A stretch of 64,000 nucleotides of DNA from Paraspadella gotoi (Eukaryota > Animalia > Chaetognatha): contig CM119268.1 of assembly GCA_051294375.1 (NCBI GenBank), positions 16,169,528 through 16,233,527 on the forward strand, given 5' to 3'. The notes beneath the pieces were generated by a model. The model worked only from the letters and a program-made list of their open reading frames with translations. It was not told the origin of the DNA and did no database searches. Position numbers and translations under genes: made by a program. Below are positions 39,780 through 52,290 of the stretch, piece after piece (positions within the stretch are counted from its first letter, which is position 1; every line of letters begins with the position of its first letter).

Positions 39780-40129
39780 AAAAAGAAAGAAACAAAGAAA
39801 GAAAGAGTCGCGTCTTTGCTACTGGAATTTTTCCGCCATCTTTTTTTTTTATTCTACGCGTTTTACGTTTGGGAAGCGAAATTCTCTTCTTGAATATGTA
39901 ATAAGGAANNNNNNNNNNNNNNNNNNNNNNNNNNNNNNNNNNNNNNNNNNNNNNNNNNNNNNNNNNNNNNNNNNNNNNNNNNNNNNNNNNNNNNNNNNNN
40001 NNNNNNNNNNNNNNNNNNNNNNNNNNNNNNNNNNNNNNAGAGACACAGGAGAGGAGAAGAGAGAGAGGAAAGAGAGAGGGAGGAGAGGAGAGAGAGAGAG
40101 AGTAAAAGGAAGAGAGAGAGAGAGAGAAG

Positions 40130-40168
<39 letters not shown>

Positions 40169-40781
40169 CTTTCCAATTACCTCCCAGTTTAAGCGACTGC
40201 TCCTGCGATGAATTCTTGATGAATATTCTTTCCACCTTTTCATTTATATACTAAGGTATCGTGTGGCCGACGAAAAAAAAAAGAGGAAGCCCAATGATTA
40301 TCTTCTAGGTCTTTGCATATGTTGCCTTATATGCAATTATTCGTCTTTCCTGTGGGAACTGAATGACCTGTTTTCGTATTAACTATGTATTGAAGATATG
40401 AAATATTAAACTGTCTATGAAGTTTGCGACGGTTAAAGAAAGAAAGTTTTAATAGTTAAAAAGTAAAAGCTGATTTCATTTAAATTATAAGATTTTTTTT
40501 TCCATTTTATAATTTTAGGATGATACTTTTTAAAATGGCCAAATTTTTGAAAATCGTTAAATATCAACAGATAATTCTTTTTATTTTTTCTTTTCTCAAC
40601 CGCCACAGGATTCCCATCTACTAATTGATTACCTAATTTTCTTTCGGGATTTTATAGACTTTTATTCGTCGTTGTCGTCGTCGTCGTCGTCTTCTTTTTT
40701 CCTTATAANNNNNNNNNNATGTGGTATGACTGGTAAGAAAAGAAGAAGAAAGTAATAAAGGCCACTCAGATGACGAAATTA

Positions 40782-40814
<33 letters not shown>

Positions 40815-42440
40815 NNNNNNNNNNNNNNNNNNNNNNNNNAGTCCGCGCGTCTCGTCAGTCGTCGTCCGTCGGTTAATTTGTCATACTGAGTTGGCCGCTT
40901 GTATTTACTTTCATCTTCTTTTCTTACCTATCATATCACATTGCGGTCGTCCGTCGTAGTCGTCGCGTCGAGCTCGTCGTCTTCGTCGCTTCTCCGAATT
41001 TACCCAATCAAAAAGGTCTCTGGATTCAGCACGGGGAAAAAGGAGGTTTCCCTGCGAGAAGAGAAAAACATGAGAGCGGAGTTATTCAGAGAGAGAGAGA
41101 AGAAGAGAGAGAAGAGAGAAGAGAGAGATGAGAGGAGAGAGAAAGAACGAGAGAAAGAGATTAGTAGCGAGAAAGAGAAAGGAGAGAGAGAGAGGATAGA
41201 GAGGAGGAGAGAGAGAGAAGAGAGGAGAAGAGAGGAGAAGAGAGAGATAGAGAGATGGAGGAGAGAGAAAGATCAGAGAGAAAGTGACTGTACATGTCCA
41301 GCAGGACAAAGACAGAAACAAAAGGAGGACGAAATATTGTATTTTCCGATCTTTATACCGAGATGGCGATATAAGGAAAAAAGAAGGACGCGGTGTCGAC
41401 TGCGTGGGTTACGGAACAACGGGGCGTGAGGGTACTGTCGAGGGTCGAAGGTCAGTTGGCACGCCGGAGGGTGACTGACACAACGACCGAATAGAAAAGG
41501 TCTATATAAATGTCCTCCGAAAGAAAAGTGTAGGGTATTCATAGGAGTGAGGAATTTCTGTGGCTGGGTTGAGAAAGTAAAATAAATAAGAATTATCTGT
41601 TGAGTGATTGTAACCGTGGATTTTTCTAAAAAGAATCACGCATCGATTGGCGCATTGTTTAAAAAAAGTATCTTCGCTAGAGACTTAATATGAAATGGAT
41701 CCAAAATGAAAATCTATATTTGTATAATGAAGATACAGCTGATTTTACTTTTTAAGAACTAATTTACTTATTCTTTCTTAAGCTCCGTGCGAAACTTCAT
41801 GAGACAGTGTCAGTAATATTTCATTATCTTGTCTCATACATGAGTTAATAGAACAGGTCAATAAAGTTCTCCACAGGAACAAACGAATAGAATTGCATAT
41901 AAAGGGCAACATGCAAGACTTAGAAGATCTACAGCCCATTGGGCATTCTGCATGCTTTTTTTCTTTTTTTTTTTTTTTTTTCCTTTTTTCGTCGCCACAT
42001 ATACGAGAATTCCGTTAGTATGATAATGAAAAGGATCGGAGGGTCAGATGGAAAGAATTTCCATCAAGAATTCATGCGCAGGAGCAGTTCGCTTAATACG
42101 ACCGGTAATTAAGAGAAAGAGAGGAGATCAGAGAAGAGAGAGAGAGCAGAAAGATGAGATGAGTAGATGAGAGAGAGAGAGCATGGAGGAGAGAGGAAGA
42201 GAGAGAGAAGAGACGAAGAGCAGGAGAGAATGAGAGGCAATGATCGAGAAGAGAGCCAGTAGAGAGAGTAAATCCATGTCGGCGAAGAAAAGTGGTAAAA
42301 TTAACTGACGTTTCATTATACACAGTATTCAAGGAAGAGAAATTTCGCTTCCCAAAACGTAAAAGCGCGTAGAATACAAAAAAAAAGAATGGCCGGGAAA
42401 AATTCCAGTCAGAAGGACGGCGACCGATCTGCTTTTCTCT
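39780..42440. repeat. Degenerate inverted duplication (about 39780-40395 vs 41835-42440)
   Basis: ttttacgtttgggaagcgaaatt vs aatttcgcttcccaaaacgtaaaa, and catatgttgccttatatgcaatt vs aattgcatataaagggcaacatg. Confidence 0.8.
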
Positions 42441-43344
42441 TCGCTTTTGTTCTCTTTTTTTACATCCGTCACTTGCTCGTTTTTTTCTTCTGAATTTCTC
42501 ACTCATGTTGCTTTGTACGTTTCCTCCTGTGCTGCTCGTCGTTACAACTACCTCTAAGCTGTATGTTTTTTTTCCGGTTGTCTTATTTTGTTATGTCTTT
42601 TGCTTTTGGACGACGACGACGATGACGACGACGAAGGCAAGAAATCAGCTGACGAAATTAAAAGTAAAGATTGCAACGTCATTTGAGCAAAAGGAGGACG
42701 CGANNNNNNNNNNGACGCAAATATTTTTTAAAAAATACATTCAAATATCATTAAAAAATTACATTCAGCTGTGAATGTAACATACATTTTTATTCATTTC
42801 ATTCAATTATCAAATCAATAATTAAATAATTTATTCTGATTTGTCATCCTCAGTATGCGCGTGGGATTGTCCCGAGAGGAAGGAGATGCTCTGACGTATG
42901 ACGGCGGCATAGACGATATCTGAGTCTCAGCGTTTCCGGCTTCTTGATGAAGATTCACACTGACGATCGATTGTATAAAAAAAAGTCAGATGCATAGTGA
43001 TAATTATTCGATGTTTGAATTGCAAACGTAATTCAATACGACATTTTTATTTCGATGTTTTAAATCCGGTTATTTATTTTATTAATAAGATTTTTTTTCA
43101 TCGTTAAATTTATTACCCACTCGTTTTTGTCACATCATAAGCAACCGGTGAAAAGTGAAAACCGTATTCATTCATTCAGTAATTCTATCATTCATTCTTT
43201 TTTCTCGTCGTGTCCATGAAATGTCAAATTTTGACATGGTAAATTAAAAATCGGAAATTTCATTAATTTTTTAATAAATTTTAAAAAATTCAATGAATTA
43301 AAAAAACATGGAAGCGCTCTCGTTCTTCGATTGGGATAAAAAAA

Positions 43345-43573
43345 GCGACATTCTCGTCGACGAAGATGCTCCGCCGCGCCGGCGATGTTGCTGGCGTCGT
43401 AATCGAACGCGTCCCGACGGAGACCCGCGTACCTTCCAAGGGTGACGTCCCTGGCACGGCGTGCGCCCCTGCAGCGTAACCATCGGCGACGCCATACACC
43501 GGCGACACACCTCGACGCCTTCTTTTCCCCCGGCGCCGTCATTGAGCGCTCGTCGTTCAGGGATTATGAAAAC

Positions 43574-43575
<2 letters not shown>
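43345..43575 (-). CDS. Candidate exon (GC/CpG-rich block), frame unresolved
   Basis: GC-rich island in AT-rich flanks; one frame contains GRY...ASNIAG (Ig F-strand-like). Confidence 0.25.
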
Positions 43576-43609
<34 letters not shown>

Positions 43610-43680
43610 TGATAAAGAATTTGAAATGTGGCCGACATTTGGGAACAAAAACAGGAATATAAATGAGTTGAAATAGGAGA

Positions 43681-43739
<59 letters not shown>

Positions 43740-46439
43740 GGCGGTTTTTTTACTGTGAAATTATGTGTACTTAAAGCTTAAAGTTAAAGAAGAGTTTTAT
43801 AGAAATGTATTTTAAGAAGACAAAACCAGCAACAAATATTTATTGTTTTACCGTAGTTGTATCAATTTCATATTATAAATTCCTGTAGCTTCAAGGCTAT
43901 CCTTTAACGGAATATTTTTTACTATAAACTTGCTTAGTCATAGTCTGTTACCTCTTGCAAACTCTGATATGCCACCGTTTTAAACACGCAGTCTTTTTAT
44001 TTCGACTACCGCAAGTTCCGAGTTTTCACGTAATATTGAAGCCCACATGTTCTCTTTCTTTTTCTTCATTTTACTTTGTTAGCCAATAAAAGAAGGAAGT
44101 GAAATGACGAAATACAAAACAACGATGTCTCGCTATAGTAAAGCTTTAACCATTTATATATTCCCCCCTACGTATATTATATCTGTTATACTTTTCCATT
44201 CCCTTTTAAATATTTTCATCCTGCTTTTTTAGGGTGTTCTCTCTCTCCTCTCTCGTTCTCTCTCTCTCTCTCTTCCTCTCTTCTCTCTCTCTCTCACCTT
44301 GCTACTTTTCCAGTACCCCACTCTCCAAATTTCCCCCATCACGCGTGCTTGTCATGTTGTTCTTCCAAATTGCCATTAAGTAACCATCCTATCTCATCAG
44401 GTCCCACTTCATCGTTCTCTCACCTCGACATTGATTGTTCTCCAATCCCTCCTCATCTTCATTCCCTCTTTCCTCCTCCTCCGTATCCTCCTATTATCTT
44501 CCATCCCCTCTTCTCTTATTCAAACAGGCTGGCCACCCTGCAATGTCTCTAGCAAGTGAGGAGAGGCATGGAGAGAGGGAGACGAGATAAAAAGAATAGC
44601 AGAGATAACACTTAAACTTCATGTTAATATATATACTGCTCATCCCTCATTCTCCTTCTGCGACTTACATGATTAGCGACCACCGAATCGCTTCTCGGAC
44701 ACCCAACGAAAACGCAACCAGCCAAACGGCGACCAACACTGTGACCACAGGGGCGTAAAAAGCTCGAAAAACATAACCGTATCTGAACCCTTACACTTAA
44801 GACTAGGTTACTGATCCCATATAAATTTTGTTCCTTTTAAGTCAATTCAATTATGGACGAGAAAATGTCGGTTAAAAATTCCATACAATATCGAAGCGAG
44901 AGCTTAATATCTCTTCCAAAAATCGGGTTAAGAAAAAAAAGTAATTGCTAGTTTAGCAGGTTGGAAACAATTTTTTGTTCCTAAAATCAGTGAAGAGGTT
45001 AGTGTTTATAAATATAGAGGAGTTTTCGAGCTTTTATCACAAAATTTTATTAAGAAAAAAAAGACTAAGAACGAATGAATCAAAAATTTAAGCAGGAGTA
45101 TCGACTCGAGATCTTTATTTAAACTTTCTTTTCAAATGATTCTGTGAATTGGATGAAAAAAGACTGCTTGTGAGGCAATCTCAAGATAATAAAGTATAAT
45201 ACAGAAGATCGAAGACGGAATTCTCGGTCCTGTGATCTTATTGTCTAAATTTTTAAATATTATATCACGATTAAGTGGAATCAAATAATAGTTTAATTAT
45301 GACAATAATAAGCAAGCGATGATATGGAATATTAATTATAGTCACTTGGAATAAATCATGTCTTTACTGGGTTGCTTAAGAGAATATAAAATTAATAATA
45401 GTTCTATAAAGCTTTCGATTTCAATAGGCTAACCTAAAATGATGTAGGGCTGGTCTGCGATCGGTGAAAATAATATAAGAAGTTGGGAGATCACCTCATG
45501 GGGTCAGATGGAAGACGTAACTTTCTCTAATGCGAGAAGTAAAATAGGGGTCGGGAGGTGTGACTATAGGTATGGTGGATGTGAGGGGGTCATACGGGGG
45601 TGGATTTCTGTTTTTCGTAATTATGGAATGTCGTTAGGGTTTCGCAGCAGCAAGAAGGAGAGTAGGTATTCGCATTTTTTGCGGATCGTTCCCGGTGAGG
45701 GAAGGAAAAGGGTCTGATAGCCAGGGTGGACTTGGGGGCTGAGGGACTCATAGTTATTGATAATTCTTGGGGATGACTAGAGTCCTGAGATCTCGTGGGA
45801 TGCGTTCACGTTTATTGTGAGGTGTGAGCGGGGGGGAGCAGTGTGGGGAGGGTTCGAAGGCCTTGAGGGTCTGATGAGTGGAATAAAAGAGGTGAGTGGG
45901 GGGGGGCGGGGGGGTAGGTGCTAGAGGCCGAGGCCAGGTGTACGCTTGTCGATGGTGAGCGTTCAGTGTCTCGTTTGGTAAAGCGAGCGGGGCAGGTTGA
46001 GCGGGAGTGGGACGGTGTTCCGGTGGGCAAGGGCATGCTGTTGCTGGTTGCAGGTCGCTGGCAAGCTAGACCAGTGGCGGAGGGGGAGCGTCGTATCCCG
46101 AGGAGGGGGGGGGGGGTCCATTTAATAAGCGTGTGGTTGGATCGGTGGGAGAGTGGGCGGCACGGGCGGGCTCATGAATGTATCTGGGGGGGATGGGTAA
46201 TCCTTTCAGCTAAGCAGCACGACTGTTAGATACTACCTAACCTACTCCTCCCACCCTCTTGAGCAAAACACCATCGGCACACCATTCTCCTTTCACCTTT
46301 ACCCGCCAACCAACCAACCGTTCGCCCAATCTTCGGTTCATCGTACGCGCCTGAGAAAGAGAGAGAGAGGAGAGAGAGAAGAGACTTAGAGAAGGAGACG
46401 GCAGCAGAGGAAGAGACGAGAGATGGACAGAGAACGAGT

Positions 46440-48189
46440 GAGAGAGATCTTCGGCGCAAGTAACATAGGGTTTCAAGGTCGACCCACTCTGAGTCGAAGG
46501 AAACAAAACGGTGCCCACGACCCTTCCGCTAGAGCGAATAGAGATGGTGGGTGGAAAATAAGGCAGAGGAGCGGGGTGGCTTGTTTGGCGATGGCTGGCG
46601 GGTCACGAGGCCCAGTTCACCGGATCGTGCTGGAATGTTGAGAGTGATATTGAAGAAGGACAGAGATAGGACGTTATTGTTAAAGAGGACAGGGTTTGGT
46701 CCAGAGGGAGACGCGAGGGCGGAGGAGGGGTGGGTAGATAGAGTGTTCAGACGTGGATACTAATTTGGTCTCTCGCACGCAGCGACCCCATCGAATGCAT
46801 ACACAAAGCATATAGTGTCGATGCAATCATTAGGTTGACGAATCCTTACCTAAAGCACTAACTTCTCCCCGATGAGTCGGTTCTCCAAGGATTCCGGCTG
46901 GGGGGGGGGAGGGGGGTGGGGGCCGGGAGGTATGGATTGGGAGTAAGGAGGTTGAACAGCGGAAGGGTGGAGATTGTGCTGCCCCGGACGGATATGGCTC
47001 ATTCTTTTAGTTTAAATATTCTGTCTCCACTGAAATTTCTCAAACTAATAGACTTAACAGAAATCCCCGCCTAATGGGGACTTAGGACGGATTTTAAATA
47101 CCAATATATCCCTTAGACAAGCACAAGTACTACCCCGGTGATAAATTTCCAGACTTGTCAGAGTAGAATAGATATCTGGAAACACATTCTTGCTAATACG
47201 TTATGCCGAACCAGGAAGAGTGACATAGGGAAGGATTGAGGATGAGAAAGAAAGTACGGCACCATAAGGAGCATAAAAGAAGAGAAGGGGGTGCAAGAGG
47301 TGTGCGAAGGGGGAAAGCAAACAGACGCTTAGAGACGGGAAGATGAGAACTTCCACGAGGCGCGATGCTCGTGGGGAATGAATGGGAGAGCGTCCCCGCA
47401 GAGCCGAGAAGGTGGTCGGGCATTCACTTAAGCTCCCTAGAGGACTCCGAGGTATTGAGCACTTTCGCGAGACTTATCTCCTTCCTCAAATCTTCTCTCT
47501 CGTACTAACGTTCAAAACGCAATTCAACATAGGAAAACACGGGCTTTGCCACTGAGAGAAAAGATCAGAAGAGAGCAGAACGAGACGCGGTGAGAGAGGG
47601 GATGAGAGGACGGAGGACGCAAGCGCGAAGTCCAGAGTGAAGAGGAAGCACTGAAGAGATAAGAACAGAGAGATGAGCGAGTGAGAGAGAGAAGAGGAGG
47701 TTAAAGAGATACGAACTTTTCCTGTCTCGTACCCGCGTGGACAATTTTTCTCCGGTTTCTTTGAAAGGACGGGCTGGAGAACAGAGAAAGAGAATTGTTG
47801 TCACTTTGTTAGAAAAATGACATATTAAGGTAGATGGTCACCGGCGAGATGTCAGGATAGGTAGGCGTGTTAGGTTAGTACACTAGAAAACTCGAACGTC
47901 CCTGGACGAAAAGAGCAGTAAAGAGAAATAAGAAGGGTTAGCGAGTACACAGTCAAACATCTATGATTTTTCGCCTTAGGACAAAGAAGAATGACTGTGA
48001 AGAGTAAAGTTCGAGAAACAACGAAAATATAACGGACGCTCAGGGGGCCCATGGGTTGCAAGCAACGCTTTGTTCTCGGCGGTCACGGTAACCCTCGAGA
48101 TGGATTTTCCAGAAAAGTACTCGTTTATTGAGCCCATCTTCTCCCCAGCGTGTTCTCTTCTCTCTGCTGCTCTCTCTCTCTCTTCTCTG

Positions 48190-48221
<32 letters not shown>

Positions 48222-51022
48222 CTTCGGTCTCTCTCTCCGTGCTCTATTCTCTCTCTTTCTCTTCCCCGTTGAGAGAGACGAGAAAAAGGAAAGGCCTCAT
48301 TTCCTTTTTTTTTTCTTTCGCTACAGAATTAAGAACCATACAGCGTTGTTCGTATCATTTTAGGGCGATAAGAATAGTTTTTCGACTGAAGAAAAAACGA
48401 GCGATAACGAACGGTCGTTTGTTTCCGACTGTTTGCTGGATCAAGTTTTTTTTTTCTTGCTGTCTCATGTCGTGGGGTGATTGGGTTGGCAGGATTGTTA
48501 TTTTATTTACTACTTGCACTGAAATGTTGCGTGAAGGTTGTACTTGACGTGGAAGACTGTAAGAAGAGTGGATTTAGTTATGATTGTTAACCATTCTCGG
48601 CATAGCGGTTCGGGTGAGTTTATCAGCATCAAACATGTGCAGCGCATGTCAGAATTAGAGGGGGGCATGGTGTACACTCATTTCACTTTAACAGCGGACG
48701 AAGTTCACGAATGCTAAAGCGAGCCTTTCAGCGTTTGGTTGCAAACGGACTTGTTTCAATCCTGGTGACAGATTGAAGAAAGGTTTGAGACTCGGGCACT
48801 GTAGCCATTATTCAGGGAGTTATTCGGGGGCGGTCTTCTGGCATAGACATCGTCTATGCTGTATGCTATATTTAATAGATTGCTAATACCAGGCGTTACA
48901 GATCGAGAGGATGGTGTGAGTTCGGTCCAACAGGCTATAATACAGGAGAGGTGTCGCGAATGATGCGAGGTCTAAACGGTAGCGATGAAGTGATTAGAGA
49001 AATAACGATGCAATCCACAACGGTACTAAGATAATGAGGCCAGAAGAGCGAGGAGCTGCGTTGGGGGCTTGAAAGGGGGNNNNNNNNNNNNNNNNNNNNN
49101 NNNNAGATAGATAAACTTTGTTAATATATATATTCTCTCCCTCTCTCTCTCTGGCTTACGATTGGACCACCTCGTTTCGGACACCAAAGAAAAAACTAAC
49201 CAGTTAAACAAGAAAAAATATGACATATTTAACCACCCATTACCTTCGATTGAGCTTCATTCTTTAACACCATTCGATCTCGTCCTCAAAAATTTTTTTC
49301 ATCCAGAAATCATGTCTATCGAAATATTTATCTTGTTGATCTAACCACCATATTCTTTCGTATTTAGTAACGCAACGCGTTAATACTACTTAACCACTCC
49401 TCCACTCTTCAAAACCACCATCGCCNNNNNNNNNNNNNNNNNNNNNNNNNNNNNNNNNNNNNNNNNNNNNNNNNNNNNNNNNNNNNNNNNNNNNNNNNNN
49501 NNNNNNNNNNNNNNNNNNNNNNNNNNNNNNNNNNNNNNNNNNNNNNNNNNNNNNNNNNNNNNNNNNNNNNNNNNNNNNNNNNNNNNNNNNNNNNNNNNNN
49601 NNNNNNNNNNNNNNNNNNNNNNNNNNNNNNNNNNNNNNNNNNNNNNNNNNNNNNNNNNNNNNNNNNNNNNNNNNNNNNNNNNNNNNNNNNNNNNNNNNNN
49701 NNNNNNNNNNNNNNNNNNNNNNNNNNNNNNGAGAGAGAGAGAGAGAGAGAGAGATTGGAGTAAATCGGTTTCAAGTTGCCACTCGAGTCGAAGGGAAAAA
49801 AGGTGGCACGACCTTCGTAGAGATGGTGGGGGAAATAGGGGTGAGGGTGTTCTTGGGGTGGGCAGTTACGATGGTGGAATGTGAGAGTGAGATTGAGAGG
49901 ACGAGAGGAAGAGTTAAAGAGTGAAACCGGGATGGGTAATGAGGTTTAGTGGGTATATTTGGTCTTGTGACGAATGTGAAGGATAGATATTATTGTGAAG
50001 TAAAATAGGACGTTACTAAATTACTCTCGAGATCTTCAGATGGGGGGGGGGCGATGAGTGATAAATTAAAGAAGGGGAGTTTTCGAGATATGGCTCATTC
50101 TTTTATTTAAAGATTGTCCCATGAATTTTCAAAAATAGATTAAGAAAAACGCTAAAGTAACGTTTGTAAACAAATATCCTTAAAAGAAAAGCTACAAATG
50201 TAAGAATGTATGTATCTTCTTCTAACGAAGTCTGCATCAACTGATTTCATGAGATGAGTTCTGTATGGTATTATGGTATATGTATCAAGTGTTACATTAG
50301 TTCATTACCTTCGCGCATCAAGAGTTGTTCATCGGAATCAAGGGTATCACACTCAGCTTAACTCCATGCACTCTGGCCAAGTCTTGTTTCATTTATATTT
50401 CTATTATCACCCGCTACTTTCTTTATCATATTCTTTATATAGTGTAGTGAAATTTCATGCATTGGGATTCACCGTATGAAATGTTTGTCTCCATAATCTC
50501 TTTATTGTTGCTCCCCGAAAGAATAGGAATTGGTTAGTCTTCTTTCCCCGTTAATGAATTGCATAATTAGGTTCTGAGGAGTAAGTGAGGATTCGGAGGG
50601 AAGGATGAGAAGCTAGACTTGCCCGCCGGAAATAAAACAGGAGTTGCAATTTAAATAGAAAGATGAAGGAGCATGAATATCATAAAATCATGGACATCAT
50701 GGATTTGCATTGTAACGGTTTGAGGGTAGTTCCGACATCCATTAGTCGGGAATAAGGGCTACTGACTCTAATAGGAATCGAGAGGAGAGGAGGATGAAGA
50801 AAAGAAGGAGGATTTTGCTAGGAGTAAAAGGAGAGGAGAAAGAGAATAAGAAAAAAAGACTTGGATTGAATGTGAACCGCGCGAATGTGAAAAAGTCCCC
50901 GGAAGCCGAAAGTCCGGATTCACAACAAAGACTCGAGTATTGATTTCGGACAGCTTTTTCAAATCTTCTTAACACGTCAAAAAATTCAAAGTAGGAAACA
51001 GGTGTTGCCACTGGGAGAAAAG

Positions 51023-51068
<46 letters not shown>

Positions 51069-52290
51069 GAGAGAGGAGAGAGAGAGAGAGAGAGTAAGAA
51101 AGAAAGAACTTTTCTGTTCGTCACCCGCGCTGAAATTTTTCTCGGTTTTCTTTGAGAGACAGCGCCTGGGAGAAAGAGAAGAATTGTTGTCACTTTTAGG
51201 AGAAAATGAATACGGAAGGTAGGGACTTTGGGTCGGTGGTTAGGCGTAGCGGTAGCGTTTAGAGCGATAGAGTGGCTTAAGGGAATGNNNNNNNNNNNNN
51301 NNNNNNNNNNNNNNNNNNNNNNNNNNNNNNNNNNNNNNNNNNNNNNNNNNNNNNNNNNNNNNNNNNNNNNNNNNNNNNNNNNAATCGACACGTTCCCTGG
51401 AAAAAGAAGTAAAAAAAAAATAAAAGGTGTGCGAGTACACAGTCAACCATCTTGGTTTTTCGCCGTGGACAAAGAAAATTACTTGAAAGAGTAAAGTTGA
51501 GAAAAAAGGAAAAATAAGGTACGTCAGGGGGCCCATGGGGTTGCCAAGGCAACGCTTTTCGTTCCTGCGGGTCCCACGAACTCCTCTATTTCATTTTCCC
51601 AGAAAAAGTGACATCTTTATTGGAGCCATTTCTCCCTAGCGTTTCTCTTCTCTCTCTCTCTCTCTCTCTCTCTCCGTTAGAACACGAGAAAAAGAAAGGC
51701 GCCTCAATTTCCTTTTTTTTTTCTCTCGACGAATTAAGAAGACCCATTACGCGGTTTTCCTTCATTTTGGCGAAAAGATCATTTTCGAACTGAAGAAAAA
51801 AAGCATAAGCGACGTCGTTTGTTTCACGACTGTTTCTGGTCACAGTTTTTTTTTCTTGCTGTTCATTCGGTGATTGGTGAGAGGGATTGTTATTTTATTT
51901 ACTACTTGCTGAATGTTGCTTAATTTATTTACGTGAAGACTGTAAAGAAAGTGATTTTAGTTATGGATTGTAACCATTCATCAATTAGCGGTTCTCGAGC
52001 TTTGCATCAAACTGTAGCACCATGTTAGACTTAGAGGATGAGTGTACGACTGTTTCACTTAACAGTAAGAATGTCAACGAATCTAAAGCCGAGACCTTTG
52101 CGTTGGGTTGCAAAAGTATTGTTTCGATTCCAGTGAACAGTTGACAAAAGTTTGAGACTCCGCACTTGCCATATTCAGGCAAAATATTATTTCAAAGTTC
52201 ACTGGCCATCTTCTCATAACGATCTTATCAGTCTTAATTTGATACATCTTGGCTAATAAACGAGCGGAGGTTTCAGATCGAGAAATGATT
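46440..52290 (+). repeat. Degenerate direct duplication (about 46440-48910 vs 49750-52290)
   Basis: Shared anchors such as gagtcgaagg, gatatggctcattctttta, gaattgttgtcacttt, cagggggcccatggg and tttgagactc; the first copy is insertion-rich. Confidence 0.85.
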
